The notes beneath the pieces were generated by a model that was not told the origin of the DNA, ran no database searches, and was given only the letters and a program-made list of their open reading frames with translations. From positions 15,639 to 79,638 of the IMG/VR virus record IMGVR_UViG_3300010160_000035: a DNA stretch of 64,000 nucleotides. The stretch is one strand, 5' to 3'. The DNA is from a virus. Within the stretch, counting starts at the first letter, position 1; each line of letters starts with the position of its first letter. Shown here one piece after another: positions 38,401 to 48,251 of this stretch. A program made the translations under genes and the position numbers.

Positions 38401-39168
38401 ACAGGTACTATTTTAAATACTGCTACTATTTCAGCAGTAACTACTGGTGGTGTTACAATAAAAACAACTCCAACACCTACGTTTAATGGTGGTACAGATA
38501 CTACTACTACTGTAGCATTAAATGTTTTTTCAGGAGGTGGTTATACTATTTATGATAAAGTTAGATTTACAGCAGACCCTGATATATATACTTGGGAATA
38601 TACTGATGATCTTATAAACGGTAATTTAACTTATACTAATCTTACAGCTTCTCCTAATTATATTAATACAGGTGCATTTTTTGGTGGTATTGATAATACT
38701 GCAGGACAATTTAGTTTAGTATTAACTAATACACCGCCTGCTTTTCCAGCTTTATTTTATGTTTTATATAATGACTCTACGCCTGTTATTTATGATTCAT
38801 TTCAAGAATGGGTAGATGCTGTAAATAATTCTGCTAGTAACTTAGATTTTAGTACTTCTGTTTTAACTACAGATTTTACAGTACATTCACCTGAAGACAG
38901 TTTTGCTTATTTTAATAATTCTGAATTAGCAATAGACTATACATATGCATCACCACAATGGAGTGGTTTTAATTATAGTAATACAGAGACAATTATTAAT
39001 GGGTTAGACCCTGTATTAACATCTTATGAAGGTATATTTGAAGCAGGTGTATTAGGTAATTTTATAAAGAGTAATAACCCTTGTACACCTACAATAGCAA
39101 CACAGACTTGTTTAACTAATAACCAAGCAAGTAAAATTATACAACATATAAACAAACTAACAAAATAA
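35431..39168 (+). CDS. Large tail-associated structural protein
   Basis: 1245 aa, T/S/G-rich beta repeats ending in xSGG; basic helical ends. Confidence 0.6.
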   Translation: MILTPLNIQVAIIKAFYALAKKSVKYYTGLALGKNNTCLFKEIRLLRAYVEILRNFEIVGSTITCNCCVEGDFNVLLNSDLPVTDTPIQFGCDNQGYMVYNGIGYEFTYFYDDANKKIVIDFSGVLNDVVITITDVQFTDTCDITGNAVSPIEVATIDEITEPPVTVDNDFGTWDGNITIYESDGSTELVPPISLTIPAADMDNVEAILELWNTTYPEWILQYFEGQFVLYSPFDNVNYTDYIVKFKQYEGGTDATLDFDLSELPPFITENTPSYADILFEQPTFAASHVAETTIALSSGRLPYNVTADPASVTILIPIDQFAVGEPATMSIPLYELFNSTNQDFYYLGMPMFSHSGTYTGMPQLIDDFNVNNGQGFTASYGGIQPISETLATASNISTLFNIAVPTDVYTARLFNQSLSINLTIGTYTVGGDDVPEDIANFIAADIIAQDIFEGTVSVSGTVITLTAPTGTGASWNAVYSFTIQRNATRINTYVFSGGVGVPTTPIYLLNITALNIYPQTDYDGGIIEIRYPTEMYDPDGGQFAGAVDNTDGIVKFTNSYLGPNIIYNTGPSIPPSEIFTSIYDMLDSFNFSNTLLAQATVTGTSGPNYVVNIVVPTPPAWAYNGTTLKYEYISNRTYINIGTYSGGSDTTAATYTLVILDDSNDPFLTVIGTGNFSNYQGIVNSLNSQSTFNSDFIASLSVNNIIITTLYDPQGAFYNDYSFQLALDYTSMQYTANDFVSTVGIMSGGLDAVAPNITLVNEFIPLTILDLPQNSYDVDGISGFVDYFNGLSPYNYSAEYLGTSQDLPEILSQSLLNMPSLTGDIPNTVLKAFYAPSVISAPTLIGTFTPTTGGDYTPSGLALGLANAVNLNVWDGTATTNLSTLILSSPSGTFGSYNNYISAVTLKVPNAKAIVNVTFLTPSTGAGTVELTVSFGSVSLGIQSIPVAQTAVQWATAYKNRINSGTGTHGYTAFTSTSSPTISIYAPANTGTILNTATISAVTTGGVTIKTTPTPTFNGGTDTTTTVALNVFSGGGYTIYDKVRFTADPDIYTWEYTDDLINGNLTYTNLTASPNYINTGAFFGGIDNTAGQFSLVLTNTPPAFPALFYVLYNDSTPVIYDSFQEWVDAVNNSASNLDFSTSVLTTDFTVHSPEDSFAYFNNSELAIDYTYASPQWSGFNYSNTETIINGLDPVLTSYEGIFEAGVLGNFIKSNNPCTPTIATQTCLTNNQASKIIQHINKLTK

Positions 39169-39173
39169 AAAAT

Positions 39174-39569
39174 ATGAGTAATTATTATCCAGCTGGAAGG
39201 CTGTACCAAAAACTAATGATTGCATTAGATCCTAGTGCAAAATGTGTAGTAATTGCAGCAGCACTTACTGGTGGTGGTAGTGCTAAAGCAATATTAAAAA
39301 CAGACTTTGCTGCTACACCTGCTAAATACCCAAACTATACAACAGAATCATTTGCTGAAATGTTAGATCAAGTAAATATGTTTCAAATTATAGGAGCAAC
39401 TGGCCAAGCTGCATATAAATTTAACGACAGTGCAACATCTGGAGCTATAGTAGCTCCTACTGAAGTTCAAGGTGGAGTATATTTATACGGGCAAGAAAAC
39501 TTTAATAACTTGTATTTTACTGCAGGTACTATTACACACTTAGCTTTATTTATTAAACCTACACCTTAA
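39174..39569 (+). CDS. Hypothetical structural protein
   Basis: 131 aa ORF in the tail module. Confidence 0.5.
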   Translation: MSNYYPAGRLYQKLMIALDPSAKCVVIAAALTGGGSAKAILKTDFAATPAKYPNYTTESFAEMLDQVNMFQIIGATGQAAYKFNDSATSGAIVAPTEVQGGVYLYGQENFNNLYFTAGTITHLALFIKPTP

Positions 39570-42500
39570 TGGCATTTTTTGGTAACAAGAGAAAGGACTT
39601 TAGTATTCAACCACCTAGGCAACAGGTAGATGGTACTCCTTTTTTTGTTACTGATAGTGCTAATATAGATTTTACATTAGCTAATTTAAATTTAACTGCT
39701 AACTTAACTACAACAGGAATAACAGCAGGTACTTATGGTGATGCTACACATATACCTATATTAACATTAGATAGTTATGGTAGAGTAACAGGAGTAAGTA
39801 CAACTACATTCTCAGCAGCAGGTATATTATTACAAACTAATACTGTAACTAATGCTACACAAACTATATTAAACTTAGTAAATGGTACTGATATATCCAT
39901 TGTTGATGATACTTTAGGCAATATTACTATTTCATATACAGGTACTGGAGGTAGTGCAGTTTGGGGTTCTATTACAGGTACATTAACTAGTCAAACAGAT
40001 TTAATTACTTATCTATCAACTAATTACCAACCTATAGGTAGTTATCAACCTCAACTTAATGGTACAGGATTTGTTAAAGCTGCTGGTACTACAATATCTT
40101 ATGATAATAATACTTATTATTTAGCAAGTAATCCTAGTAATTTCATAACAGCATCTGCTTTAACTCCATATTTAACTATTACTAGTGCAGCTGCTACATA
40201 TGAACCTATAATAACAGCAGGAACAATCTCTCAATATTGGAGAGGTGATAAAACTTGGCAAACATTTCCCACTATACCAACTGTTGGTACTTGGGGTGCT
40301 CTTAATTACCCTGCATGGACTACAGGTACTCCATTTGTTAAAATGACTGCTGCTGGTACATTTGCTTTAGATACTAATACATATCTAACTACAATATCAG
40401 GATTAAATATATCTTTATTAACTAATGATTCTGGGTATATAACTTCATCTGCTTTAACAGGGTATGTACCAAATACTAGAACATTAACTATCAATGGTAC
40501 TACATATGATTTATCAGCAGATAGGTCTTGGACTATACCTACATTTACTTCACCTCTTACAACTAAAGGTGATATATATGTAAGAAATGGAAGTGCAGAT
40601 ACAAGGCTTGGTGTAGGAAGTGATACATATGTTCTTATAGCAGATAGTACGACATCTACAGGGCTTAAATGGGGGTCTAACACAACACCTCCTGCAAGTG
40701 GATACTATTTTGCAATATCAGATAGTACAACACAAGATAATCCAACTGCCAATATACCAAGAGCAGTTAAATTCAATACTACCGATTTAGCTAATGGATT
40801 CTCTTTACAAACAGAAACTGCTGTTTTTACAGGAACAATCAACAATGGTGGCGCAGGAGCAGGAACAATATTAAATGTTACAGGTGTTACATCAGGAACA
40901 TTAAAAGTGGGTATGGTGTTAACAGGTGGCAGTATAACTGCTGGTACATTCATATCTGCATTTACAAGTGGTACAGGAGGAATAGGTACTTATGTAGTTT
41001 CTATTTCACAAAATAGAACATCTGCTACCTATACAGGAACAATGACTTCGCAGATTGTTGTTGCCCATACTGGCATCTATAATATTCAGTTTTCATCACA
41101 AATGGATAAAACTGATGCAGGTGTTGATTATGTTAATTTTTGGCTTAGAAGAAATGGAGCTGATGTAACTGCAAGTTCTGGTGTTGTTTCATTACAGGGA
41201 AATTCTCCTGCATACATGATGGCTGCTTGGAATTATCTTATAGAATTAATAGAAAATGATGTAATAGAGTTATATTGGGGTAGTGCTGATGTTGGTATGT
41301 CAATATTAGCAGAAACAGCTCAGACAAGCCCATTTGCACATCCTTCTATACAATCTACAATACTTACAATTACTCAGCAGAGTGGTATATTGGCAGGGAC
41401 GGGTATCACCGCCATCAACAGTCTTACGGCATCAGCACAGACATTATCAAGTACTGACCTTAACATATCATCTTCTGTAGCAACGCATACATTTTCAATA
41501 GCCAACAACGCTGTTACGTATGCTAAAATGCAAGCTATATCAGCAGTATCGAAGCTGCTTGGTTCTAGCTCTACTACCACACCTGTACAAGAGATAACAC
41601 CAACGAAGTCAATAAATATATTAACTACTAATCTAGAACTAGTAAACGATCAAACTTCGCCAGCTTATCCTGGCGTTTATGGTATTGATTCCGCAGGGGC
41701 GAAAAATTGGCGTTCAGATGCAAGCGTAAGGGGAAACATTCCCCTATTAAATATGCAAGAATCTTATCCCGTAGGAACAAATCAAACGGGTATTTTATAC
41801 GTCGCAAGTGTTAGCAAACTTTACGTTTGTAATTTATCAGGAAGTACAGTCAATATTTTCGATACTACAACAGGCGTTTTGCTTTCTACAATAGCCGTTA
41901 CAAATGCTTATAAACCATTTTACATTGCATCAATTAATGAAGTTTGGGTAACTTCAACAACATTATTAACAATTAATAGAATAAGTGCAACATTGAATAG
42001 TTCACTTGGAACTATAATTGGTGCAACTATATTCGGAACAGAGGCGATTGAATATTCATCGACAAAAGTTTTTATTTGCTGCGGAAATGCAACGGGAACG
42101 ATAATGTTAATTAATCCGTCTACATTATTAGTTACATCTACAATTGCATTAAATGTTCCAGCATCTCCACAAGGAATGGTATTAAATACAAATGTAGCTT
42201 CTTCGCAATACGATAAAATAATTGTTTCAGCATCTGCTGGAGTTGCAATATTAAACCCATCAACAAACGCAATAACTACAACCGTTGTTAATCCTTCAAG
42301 TTCAATAAGCACAGGAACGAAAATTAGATATATAACATCGACAAATCAATATGTTTTATCAAGTTTCGGAAATAATTCAATTGTCGTTTTAGATATTGCA
42401 AGCGCAACAACATTTACTTTAAATTCAACTATTAGAAATTTGCCTGGTATTTTAGATGTTGGATTAGATGAAACAAGCGGTTATATTTTTACTGCATTTA

Positions 42501-42703
42501 CAGGACTTACAAGTGCTTCACAATTATTTATTTCGCTAATTGATTTAACAAGTAAAAAGGTTAAAATAACAATTGGAACAAATGTTCTTTGTGGTTCTGC
42601 TTCTACCTCAGGATACTTAGCAATGGATACGCCAAATACACGTTTCTTTATTTGTGGGCGTTCATCCAATACAAATGTTGCAACTACAATTAAATATTTA
42701 TAA
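39569..42703 (+). CDS. Tail fiber / receptor-binding protein with C-terminal beta-propeller
   Basis: Fiber motifs [49 protein letters not shown]; YncE-like repeats at the C-terminus. Confidence 0.75.
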   Translation: MAFFGNKRKDFSIQPPRQQVDGTPFFVTDSANIDFTLANLNLTANLTTTGITAGTYGDATHIPILTLDSYGRVTGVSTTTFSAAGILLQTNTVTNATQTILNLVNGTDISIVDDTLGNITISYTGTGGSAVWGSITGTLTSQTDLITYLSTNYQPIGSYQPQLNGTGFVKAAGTTISYDNNTYYLASNPSNFITASALTPYLTITSAAATYEPIITAGTISQYWRGDKTWQTFPTIPTVGTWGALNYPAWTTGTPFVKMTAAGTFALDTNTYLTTISGLNISLLTNDSGYITSSALTGYVPNTRTLTINGTTYDLSADRSWTIPTFTSPLTTKGDIYVRNGSADTRLGVGSDTYVLIADSTTSTGLKWGSNTTPPASGYYFAISDSTTQDNPTANIPRAVKFNTTDLANGFSLQTETAVFTGTINNGGAGAGTILNVTGVTSGTLKVGMVLTGGSITAGTFISAFTSGTGGIGTYVVSISQNRTSATYTGTMTSQIVVAHTGIYNIQFSSQMDKTDAGVDYVNFWLRRNGADVTASSGVVSLQGNSPAYMMAAWNYLIELIENDVIELYWGSADVGMSILAETAQTSPFAHPSIQSTILTITQQSGILAGTGITAINSLTASAQTLSSTDLNISSSVATHTFSIANNAVTYAKMQAISAVSKLLGSSSTTTPVQEITPTKSINILTTNLELVNDQTSPAYPGVYGIDSAGAKNWRSDASVRGNIPLLNMQESYPVGTNQTGILYVASVSKLYVCNLSGSTVNIFDTTTGVLLSTIAVTNAYKPFYIASINEVWVTSTTLLTINRISATLNSSLGTIIGATIFGTEAIEYSSTKVFICCGNATGTIMLINPSTLLVTSTIALNVPASPQGMVLNTNVASSQYDKIIVSASAGVAILNPSTNAITTTVVNPSSSISTGTKIRYITSTNQYVLSSFGNNSIVVLDIASATTFTLNSTIRNLPGILDVGLDETSGYIFTAFTGLTSASQLFISLIDLTSKKVKITIGTNVLCGSASTSGYLAMDTPNTRFFICGRSSNTNVATTIKYL

Positions 42704-42705
42704 TT

Positions 42706-42876
42706 ATGCGAGTTCAAATAAGAAATGGGGAAATTATCGGGTACGGGTTTGAATTATACGGGGATGAAAGTTTTGAAGGCGCGCCTGAAGATTATACTTT
42801 TGAAAAATATTCTTATACGCCAAACGTGGACGGTTCTTTTAATCCCAATGGATTTGTTTTAATTGAAAATAATTAG
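42706..42876 (+). CDS. Small acidic protein, candidate fiber chaperone, 56 aa (not in the ORF track)
   Basis: MRVQIRNGEIIGYGFELYGDESFEGAPEDYTFEKYSY...; fills the gap exactly. Confidence 0.55.
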   Translation: MRVQIRNGEIIGYGFELYGDESFEGAPEDYTFEKYSYTPNVDGSFNPNGFVLIENN

Positions 42877-42878
42877 CT

Positions 42879-43334
42879 ATGAGCAAGATAACATCAACCA
42901 GCAAGAATGGAATAAACCTTATCAAGTCATTTGAAGGTTGTAAACTACAAGCATATAATGATCCTGGAACTGGAGGATTACCAATTACTATTGGATGGGG
43001 TAATACAACTAAAGAAGATGGTAGTAAGTTTAAACTAGGTGATAAAATAACACAAGAAAGAGCAGATGCTTTATTCTTAAATTTACTTCCTAGATATGAA
43101 AAGAAAGTTATTGATAATATTACAGTACTTCTAACACAAAACCAATTTGATGCTTTAGTTTCTTTCTGTTGGAATTGTGGATACTCATCTACTCTATTCT
43201 CATTAATCAATACTAAAACTAGTAATGAAACAGTATATGATTGGTGGATTTCTCACTACATTAAAGGTGGGGGTAAGATACTAAAAGGTCTAGTTAGACG
43301 TAGAAAAGCTGAAGCTGATTTATACTTTGCTTAA
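42879..43334 (+). CDS. GH24 lysozyme (endolysin)
   Basis: IKSFEGCKLQAYND..TIGWG..QNQFDALVSF..GLVRRRKAEA. Confidence 0.92.
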   Translation: MSKITSTSKNGINLIKSFEGCKLQAYNDPGTGGLPITIGWGNTTKEDGSKFKLGDKITQERADALFLNLLPRYEKKVIDNITVLLTQNQFDALVSFCWNCGYSSTLFSLINTKTSNETVYDWWISHYIKGGGKILKGLVRRRKAEADLYFA

Positions 43335-43351
43335 TTAAGTATCTTTGTAGT

Positions 43352-43822
43352 ATGAAGAAATTCCTACTTTGCCTGCCATTATTGTTAGTATTTACTTTTG
43401 TAGGAGGAGATCAACCTTCTGCCTATATACAAGGAGATGTAACTATACAGCCTATTGTAGAGAATGAAGATTTAGATATTAAATCACAATACATAAGAAG
43501 CATCAAAGTATACTACAAAGACCCATTAGAAAAGCCTATCATATTACAGAACAACCAAGCTTTATACAACTATTGCTCAGATTCAACATTAGTTATTTTT
43601 AAATCTGTTGCAGATTCTATAAAAGTACCTAGTGTTAAAAGAATGTCTTGTGAGATAATGGCTATTATTAACCTAACTAAAAGAGATTCTGAGTGGTTAA
43701 AGTCACATATTGTCAATGAAGTTGCAGTAGTAAACACTATTACAGATAACAGATTCTCTGTTTATATGGATGATACTGAGTACTTTAGAAGACTAATGCT
43801 TAAATACAATGCAAAGTATTAA
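43352..43822 (+). CDS. Secreted hypothetical protein
   Basis: Signal peptide; TATCTTTG promoter at 43340-43347. Confidence 0.6.
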   Translation: MKKFLLCLPLLLVFTFVGGDQPSAYIQGDVTIQPIVENEDLDIKSQYIRSIKVYYKDPLEKPIILQNNQALYNYCSDSTLVIFKSVADSIKVPSVKRMSCEIMAIINLTKRDSEWLKSHIVNEVAVVNTITDNRFSVYMDDTEYFRRLMLKYNAKY

Positions 43823-44693
43823 ATGGATACTGCTATTAGTAACAAGCATAAGTTTTGCTCAATGTCCAAATATAGGATTTGAAAGTAATAACTTTAGTGG
43901 ATGGGTAGGTAGCAGAGGAGCTTGTTGTCCTATAGTTATGACAAATGCAGGTATAGTTGCTAATAGACATACTATAACTTCAGGAACAGCAACAGACCCT
44001 AGTACTTGTAATGTAGTTCCAATAGTTGCTCCAGGAAGTATTCATTCTGCTAGATTAGGTAATAATGATGTTAATGCAGAAGCTGAAGGTTTAAGTTATA
44101 ATTTTACAGTAACACCAACATCTAATTTAATTACATATCAGTATGCTGTAGTGTTTGAAGATCCAGGACATACACCATCACAACAACCTAGATTTGAAGC
44201 ATCAATAGTTAGAGCTAATGGAACTGTTGTATCATGTACACAATTTACAGCAACTGCAGCTAGTGGTTTAACAGGATTTCAATTTTGTAATAGCATTGAT
44301 GTTTTAGGATTACCAGTAATTGTTAGATACAAGAATTGGAGTACAATAGCTGCAGATGTTTCTGCATACATGGGTCAAACTTTAACTTTAAAATTTAAAA
44401 CAGGAGACTGCTCACAAGGAGGACACTTTGGTTATGCTTATGTAGATGCTAGTTGTGGACCATTACAATTAGCTATAGATTACTGTGTTAATGATATGTA
44501 TGCAGTAGTTACTGCACCATCAGGATTCTTTACTTACTTATGGTCTACAGGAGAAACTACACAAACTATTTATGTAAATCCACTGCAAGCTATTAATGTT
44601 ACTTGCACTATAACAACTGTCTCAGGCTGCACATCTACAGTATCAGTACCAATAACACCAATTGCTAATTTCCCTGCAATCTATACCAATTAA
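43809..44693 (+). CDS. Secreted Bacteroidota adhesin-like protein, resembling the N-terminal domain of T9SS cargo
   Basis: Signal peptide; CPNIGFE, SARLGN, YAVVFEDPGH, GGHFGYAYVDASC, YLWSTGETTQTI. Confidence 0.7.
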   Translation: MQSIKWILLLVTSISFAQCPNIGFESNNFSGWVGSRGACCPIVMTNAGIVANRHTITSGTATDPSTCNVVPIVAPGSIHSARLGNNDVNAEAEGLSYNFTVTPTSNLITYQYAVVFEDPGHTPSQQPRFEASIVRANGTVVSCTQFTATAASGLTGFQFCNSIDVLGLPVIVRYKNWSTIAADVSAYMGQTLTLKFKTGDCSQGGHFGYAYVDASCGPLQLAIDYCVNDMYAVVTAPSGFFTYLWSTGETTQTIYVNPLQAINVTCTITTVSGCTSTVSVPITPIANFPAIYTN

Positions 44694-44730
44694 TTGTATT
44701 TATTTTATAGTTATCTTTGTAAAATACTAT

Positions 44731-45291
44731 ATGAAAAATTTGGTAGTGTCAATTATTTTTATATTACTTTGTGCAACATGTTATGCACAAGTACCTACAC
44801 CCCTTGTTGCCAATGGACAAACTGTCTGTGTAGGTGCTAATCACTACTATGGGGATCAAGTAATTACACCATCATCTACTTATGCATTTAGTATAACACC
44901 AGTTCAAGCATTTAGTGTTGTAGGAAAACAAATAAATGTTACTTGGAATATACAAGGAGTATATACTATTACTATGACAGAAACAACATCTTCAGGATGC
45001 TTGTATACAACTACTTGTATTATTACTGTATTGCCTCCTATAACAATAGCATTAGATCCTATTGTTGTATGTCAAGATGGATTACCACAAACTATAACAG
45101 GAACTAACATTGGCTCTAACCCATCTTTTAGTGGAGTAGGAGTATCTAATAATACATTTAATCCTTCAGGTATATTACCTGGGATATATACTATAAACCT
45201 AACTTCAACAACAGCTAATGGTTGTGCTACAGTAGGCACCACAACAGCAACAATAAATCCACTACCAACAGGCATTATATATACAGATTAA
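44731..45291 (+). CDS. Secreted Ig/PKD-like protein
   Basis: Signal peptide from the ATG at 44731; TATCTTTG at 44712; two Ig-like repeats. Confidence 0.65.
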   Translation: MKNLVVSIIFILLCATCYAQVPTPLVANGQTVCVGANHYYGDQVITPSSTYAFSITPVQAFSVVGKQINVTWNIQGVYTITMTETTSSGCLYTTTCIITVLPPITIALDPIVVCQDGLPQTITGTNIGSNPSFSGVGVSNNTFNPSGILPGIYTINLTSTTANGCATVGTTTATINPLPTGIIYTD

Positions 45292-45848
45292 TGAAACTAT
45301 ATGCATTGTTTTGTTTAATTAGTTTAAATATAAATGCACAGACACTTAAAGAATATGAACTATGCAATGACTATTTAACTAAAGAAATTAGAGCTGTAAC
45401 TACAAATGCTGTTGTAAGTTGGGAGGTTTCACCTTATGTACCATACCAAGTAAGTAATAATGTTATGACTATTACTTTTAGCAGTACAGGCTATTATGTT
45501 ATAAGTGCTGATTTTAGAAGTGGTGATTGTTATAAAGAAGATAAAATAATAATAATAATAAAAGAATGTACAGAGACTTTTATTTATTTTCCCAATAGCT
45601 TTACACCTAATGGTGATAATGACAATGAAAGCTTTGGACCAAAAGGAATAAATGTTTATGATTTTAAAATGTATGTATATAACAGATGGGGAGAGTTAAT
45701 CTTCACTGCAAAGGATATAAGTGATAAATGGAATGGCTATTATAAAGATAGAATATGTCAAAGTGATATATATGTTTATAAAGCATTCTATAAAGATAAA
45801 AGAGGTAAGGAGTATAATAAAATTGGTAAAATAGCACTAATCAAATAA
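45291..45848 (+). CDS. Protein with gliding-motility-associated (T9SS type B) C-terminal domain
   Basis: Signal peptide; IYFPNSFTPNGDNDNESF..VYNRWGELIF..WNG..YVY..GKIALIK. Confidence 0.85.
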   Translation: MKLYALFCLISLNINAQTLKEYELCNDYLTKEIRAVTTNAVVSWEVSPYVPYQVSNNVMTITFSSTGYYVISADFRSGDCYKEDKIIIIIKECTETFIYFPNSFTPNGDNDNESFGPKGINVYDFKMYVYNRWGELIFTAKDISDKWNGYYKDRICQSDIYVYKAFYKDKRGKEYNKIGKIALIK

Positions 45849-45857
45849 ACCTAACTT

Positions 45858-46172
45858 ATGGATCAGAACTTACTATTAGCAATCATTGCAGGAGCATCAT
45901 CAACATTGACAATCCTTATACCTAAAATGTTACCTCACAGTAAAAAGAAAGATGCTATTGAGATGTATGCAGAATTACAAGAAAAACTATTTAGTGAAAT
46001 AGATAGATTAGAGAAAAAGATAATACTATTAGAAAACAAAGAAAAGGAAGCTGTTAGTGTAGAAGAAAAACTCACTAAGAGAATCATGGAACTAGAACAA
46101 GAAAATAAAAGACAAGCTTATGAAATTGAACAACTTAAAGCAGAACTTGCTAAACATGTCAAAAACTACTAA
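45858..46172 (+). CDS. Membrane-anchored coiled-coil protein of the lysis module
   Basis: N-terminal TM followed by a coiled coil. Confidence 0.5.
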   Translation: MDQNLLLAIIAGASSTLTILIPKMLPHSKKKDAIEMYAELQEKLFSEIDRLEKKIILLENKEKEAVSVEEKLTKRIMELEQENKRQAYEIEQLKAELAKHVKNY

Positions 46173-46413
46173 AGACTCATTCATTGAATCCCTTAAAGGT
46201 AGCAGTGGTAAAATAGACCATAAAAGATTAACAGTATTAGCTTTTGTATTGATGTTTGTTGGTATAACTATAGTAGGCTTGTATAAAAAAACACCTATTG
46301 TAAACCAAGCATTAATGGAAACTATACTGTATATAATTGGATCTGTTATATTAGGAGGGATGGGATTAACAAAAATAAAAACAAAAACAGAAACAACTAC
46401 AAATGAAACTTAG
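46156..46413 (+). CDS. Putative holin (two TM segments)
   Basis: GKIDHKRL, two TM segments and a charged tail, next to a lysin. Confidence 0.6.
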   Translation: MSKTTKDSFIESLKGSSGKIDHKRLTVLAFVLMFVGITIVGLYKKTPIVNQALMETILYIIGSVILGGMGLTKIKTKTETTTNET

Positions 46414-46915
46414 TAAAAACTTCACATTAGATGAGTTACTCAAGTCACCATCTGCAACCAGGTGGGGCTTTGAAGAACAGTTTACACCTACACAAGACAT
46501 AGTAAATAACCTTACTTTGTTGTGTAATAAAGTGTTACAACCTATTAGAGATATTCTAAAAGATACATTAACAGTATCATCTGGATATAGATGTCCTAGA
46601 TTAAATGCTAAAATTGGTGGTGCCTACACTATTATTAATGGTAAACCTGTACAAAGTTCACAGCATTGTTTTGGACAAGCTGCAGATATTGGTTATACTA
46701 AACTAGGTGCAGAGCATAACAACTTAATTTTAGCAGCTATCAAAGAATTAATGTCTGATCCAACTTTTGTATTTGACCAATGTATAGTAGAATTTGGTAC
46801 AGATACTAATCCTGCTTGGGTACATATTTCTTATTCAGAGAGAAAAAACAGAATGCAAGTGCTTAGAGCATACAAGTCAGGTAAAAAAACATTATATAAA
46901 GAATGGAAACTATGA
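46403..46915 (+). CDS. Peptidase M15 family endolysin
   Basis: LSKNFTLDEL, VSSGYRC..LN..IGG, SQH..GQAADI, WVHISY. Confidence 0.9.
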   Translation: MKLSKNFTLDELLKSPSATRWGFEEQFTPTQDIVNNLTLLCNKVLQPIRDILKDTLTVSSGYRCPRLNAKIGGAYTIINGKPVQSSQHCFGQAADIGYTKLGAEHNNLILAAIKELMSDPTFVFDQCIVEFGTDTNPAWVHISYSERKNRMQVLRAYKSGKKTLYKEWKL

Positions 46916-47487
46916 AGAAACATAACACTTGGATAGGTATTGAAGCAGTTATAATTGGATTACTCATTTTAGTACTATTATTTTTAAAGCAATGTGAGAG
47001 TAATGTTGAGGTTACTAATCCTATTAGCAGAGTAGTGTATACAAAAACAGATACAGTTACTATAATTAAAACAGATACAGTTACAAGATATGTTACTCTT
47101 AAAGTTCCAAAACCAATTCCCCATGTAACACCTGATGGTGATACAGCACAAACTTATGTTCAAGAATATAGTGATAGTATTTTAGATGCTACTGTAACAG
47201 CTAACCTAAAAGGCAAACTAGATTCTTGGGCATTAAAGTATAAACTTAAAATCCCTACTACTATAACTAACACAATAACAGTTACTAATACTGTTACTGA
47301 AACTAAAGAAGTCAATGTTCCTAAGAACATGTTATTTGTTAATGGTGTAGTTGTAGGTAATACTACTAGCCTTGATGGTGGTATAGGTATATCTTTTTAT
47401 CATAAAAAAGGTTATATTTACCAACTGAATTACCTACCTATGACCAATAAAGTTGTAGTTGGTGTATCATTCCAATTAAATAGATAA
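46912..47487 (+). CDS. Spanin-like membrane protein
   Basis: N-terminal TM, DTVT repeats, amphipathic C-terminal beta strands; follows a lysin. Confidence 0.45.
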   Translation: MKKHNTWIGIEAVIIGLLILVLLFLKQCESNVEVTNPISRVVYTKTDTVTIIKTDTVTRYVTLKVPKPIPHVTPDGDTAQTYVQEYSDSILDATVTANLKGKLDSWALKYKLKIPTTITNTITVTNTVTETKEVNVPKNMLFVNGVVVGNTTSLDGGIGISFYHKKGYIYQLNYLPMTNKVVVGVSFQLNR

Positions 47488-47489
47488 CT

Positions 47490-48251
47490 ATGATAACATT
47501 AAACCAAATGATTTATCAAGTCTATGAAGGACTTCAGATTACATCTGATGATACTTCATTAGATAAAAGATTAATTAGAGATTTAATTAATCAATCAAGA
47601 GCTAATTGGATTAGAAAAGAACACAACAAGAACAGAAGTATTGATGATAATATCATCCAAGATTTAGGTTGTATAGACATTGAACTTACAGATAGAGTAT
47701 CAGCTAATTGCTGTGATATATCTACAGAATGTAGGATTCTCAGATCTAAAGAAAGAATACCTAATGCTATTGAGTTAAACCATGAAAAGATAATCACTAG
47801 AATATCAGCAGTAGACTTTATGTCTATTCCTATTATATTTATGGATTATGATGCTGCTATTTACTTTGGTAATGGTAGATACAATAAGAAAGCTTTAGCT
47901 GCTTTCATTAAGAACAACTACTTATATATTATATATAACAAAGGTGCATTCAATATGCTAATTGAGAAACTAAATGCTCAAGGTGTATTTGAAGACCCTA
48001 CAGAAGCTGCATCATTTACTAATGATTGTGGTACACCATGCTTTACTTGGGATTCTCGTTATCCTATTAATGCTTGGATGTGGCAGACTTTAGTTAAACC
48101 AGAAGTACTTAATGAATTAAGAAGCAAGAGAACTCTATACAGAGATGATAACAACAATGCTAAGGATGATGCTATTCCATCAGTAGCAGCTAATTTTACA
48201 CAAGCTGGTACAGATCCTGGACAAGGTAGACAGAAACAACAAGAAGAATGA
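47490..48251 (+). CDS. Tail ring (tubular) protein
   Basis: SDD..LD.RLI, QDLGC, GVFEDP, YPI; crAss-like synteny. Confidence 0.65.
   Translation: MITLNQMIYQVYEGLQITSDDTSLDKRLIRDLINQSRANWIRKEHNKNRSIDDNIIQDLGCIDIELTDRVSANCCDISTECRILRSKERIPNAIELNHEKIITRISAVDFMSIPIIFMDYDAAIYFGNGRYNKKALAAFIKNNYLYIIYNKGAFNMLIEKLNAQGVFEDPTEAASFTNDCGTPCFTWDSRYPINAWMWQTLVKPEVLNELRSKRTLYRDDNNNAKDDAIPSVAANFTQAGTDPGQGRQKQQEE

Noticed and set aside
35431-39168. xSGG motifs as the same signal as the cargo AxGG motif
   Set aside because: They lack the conserved Ala, sit in beta-rich structural repeats, and are better explained as turns.
39569-42703. Diversity-generating retroelement target in the fiber gene
   Set aside because: No reverse transcriptase and no template/variable repeat pair is visible in this window.
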